Assembly (NCBI GenBank): GCA_038087875.1
Contig: CM075990.1
Span: 7,192,001-7,256,000, forward strand
From: Malacoraja senta
Taxonomy: Eukaryota
Direction of reading: 5' to 3'
DNA length: 64,000 nt
Under the pieces are notes generated by a model. It did no database searches, was not told the DNA's origin, and saw nothing but the letters and a program-made list of their open reading frames with translations. Position 1 is the stretch's first letter. Each line of letters begins with the position of its first letter. Below are positions 62,351-64,000 of this stretch, piece by piece. Position numbers and translations under genes: made by a program.

Positions 62351-64000
62351 GATTTACAAGGATGTTGGCAGGACTTGACAGCCTGAGCTATAGGGAGAGA
62401 TTGTGCAAGCTTGGAGCACAGTAGGCAAAAGAGTGATTTTATAGATTAATATAAAATCATGAGCGGAAATTGATCGGGTGAATGCACCGTCTCAGAAGTT
62501 GTTGCCCTGTAATAGCGTTGTTACAATCCCTGCCATCAGTGGCGCTCCTGCCGACAGCTGTGCGCGGGACTCGAGAGGCTGTGGGGGGGGGGGTGGGGGG
62601 GGTGAGTAAACTGCAGGTTTTTCATTGTTGTCAGAGAGGCATTTCCTCTTACAACAAGCTTATGGTGTAGAAGAAATCCCGTTTTGTCATCCGTTCCCGT
62701 TTTTTTTCAAACCGTTCGTTGCTGGTCTATTGAATCGCTGGATTTGAAAGTCGGGGCTTGAATTCAAGGCCTTCAAAATCACGGATCGCAAGTTCAGGCT
62801 AAAACAAAAGGTATGTGGGCCGTTTATTTAACATCTTATCTAGTTTTTGGTGTAATTTAATTTTAATCTGATGATGCGAAATAAGTTAATTAGGCCCCGA
62901 TATCGGCAACTTGATCATTATCCGTATTGTGTAATTGTTTATCCATGATCACTGTTTTCATGCTAAATATCTGACTAAAAACTTCCACATACATACAGAT
63001 CGGATTGTGGCCACCACCATGTTGAACATGACCAATGTCTGTGTAAAATGGCCCTTGTCCTCGATCACAGCTTTTGAATTAAGTCAATAGAAAACAATAG
63101 GGAATAAGATGCTAATTTCCTAGTATGAAAATGACATAACTTTTTAATACTGAAGATATGAAAGCGAATTAGGTAAATATTAGCATTTTTTTAAATGATT
63201 TATCTGATGGGATAAATTACAGGCTTGATTTTTAAAATCTCAAAATTTTGTAACTTTCCTACCTGTAAGTGGACTTGATCCTGGAAGGTAATCCCAAGTG
63301 CACACAGCCTTATTTGCACCCATTCTTCCCAATGTGTGGAGGGGGCATCCTGTTTGGTATGGGCTAGATGGACTGAAGGGCCTATTTCCATGACTCCATG
63401 ACCAGGGGTGTCAGGGGTTATGGGGAGAAGGCATGAGAATGGGGATTATGAGGGACAGATAGATCAGCCACGATTGAATGGCAGAGTAGACTTGATGGGC
63501 CGAATGGCCTAATTCTGCTTCTATCACTTATGGCCTGATGCTGGTAGCTGGAATGTTTCACACCGATTATTCAACACGACCATTCATTTACATGAAGATT
63601 TTAACGCAGTGAAGCACGGCTGTGTTATGACGGTTACAGTATTATCGGACAAGATTCACCAAATGTCACCTGATTCCTGTGCTGTTCTTTAACAGGCAGG
63701 TGAACCAAAGAACAGGGCCATTGATGAGCAAAGAAAAAGTGAGGTGGAGGGGAGATTTGGTAGAGAAGGCAGAATTTAGGGCCTAGATTGCTTATTTTAT
63801 TACAGGTGATAACTCCTTCATTTAAATGGCAACGTGTAAACTTGTTTTTCCTCAAGTAACAGTTGACATATCGGTGAAAATTCAGCATTATTTTTCTTAT
63901 TGAAATAAGCATGACTGCAGCAGCATGCATCTTGGTCTCCATAACATGTTTATTTTAGTTTAGAGATATAGCGCGGAAACAGGCCCTTTGGCCCACCGAG

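Overview
Vertebrate genomic DNA, most likely a cartilaginous fish (skate/ray-like, inferred from the HE1-type V-SINEs, CR1/HER1 LINEs and Penelope-derived repeats). Almost the whole window is intronic sequence of a minus-strand ARHGAP22 gene (PH-domain RhoGAP). Two coding exons are supported: 51698-51897 (200 nt) and 16610-16697 (88 nt). Both have canonical AG/GT ends, splice in frame and encode most of the PH domain. The rest is dense, often nested mobile DNA. (i) A stack of non-autonomous Helitrons at 2506-7937 whose junctions suggest repeated insertion into their own 5' end. (ii) Many Penelope-like (PLE) terminal repeats carrying minimal hammerhead-ribozyme motifs, including short palindromic units with 10-15 bp target-site duplications (TSDs), a 6x78-bp tandem array and a GIY-YIG remnant. 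(iii) Seven complete PIF/Harbinger-type MITEs with TWA TSDs, plus one partial copy. (iv) hAT elements with 8-bp TSDs. (v) V-SINEs, a DeuSINE, and CR1, Rex1 and Tx1 fragments. (vi) A 1.5-kb minisatellite with a 15-bp unit, CT-rich tracts and five N runs. Nearly all other ORFs in the track are repeat or low-complexity artefacts. Repeat family names come from recognition, not database searches. Boundaries without a TSD are approximate.
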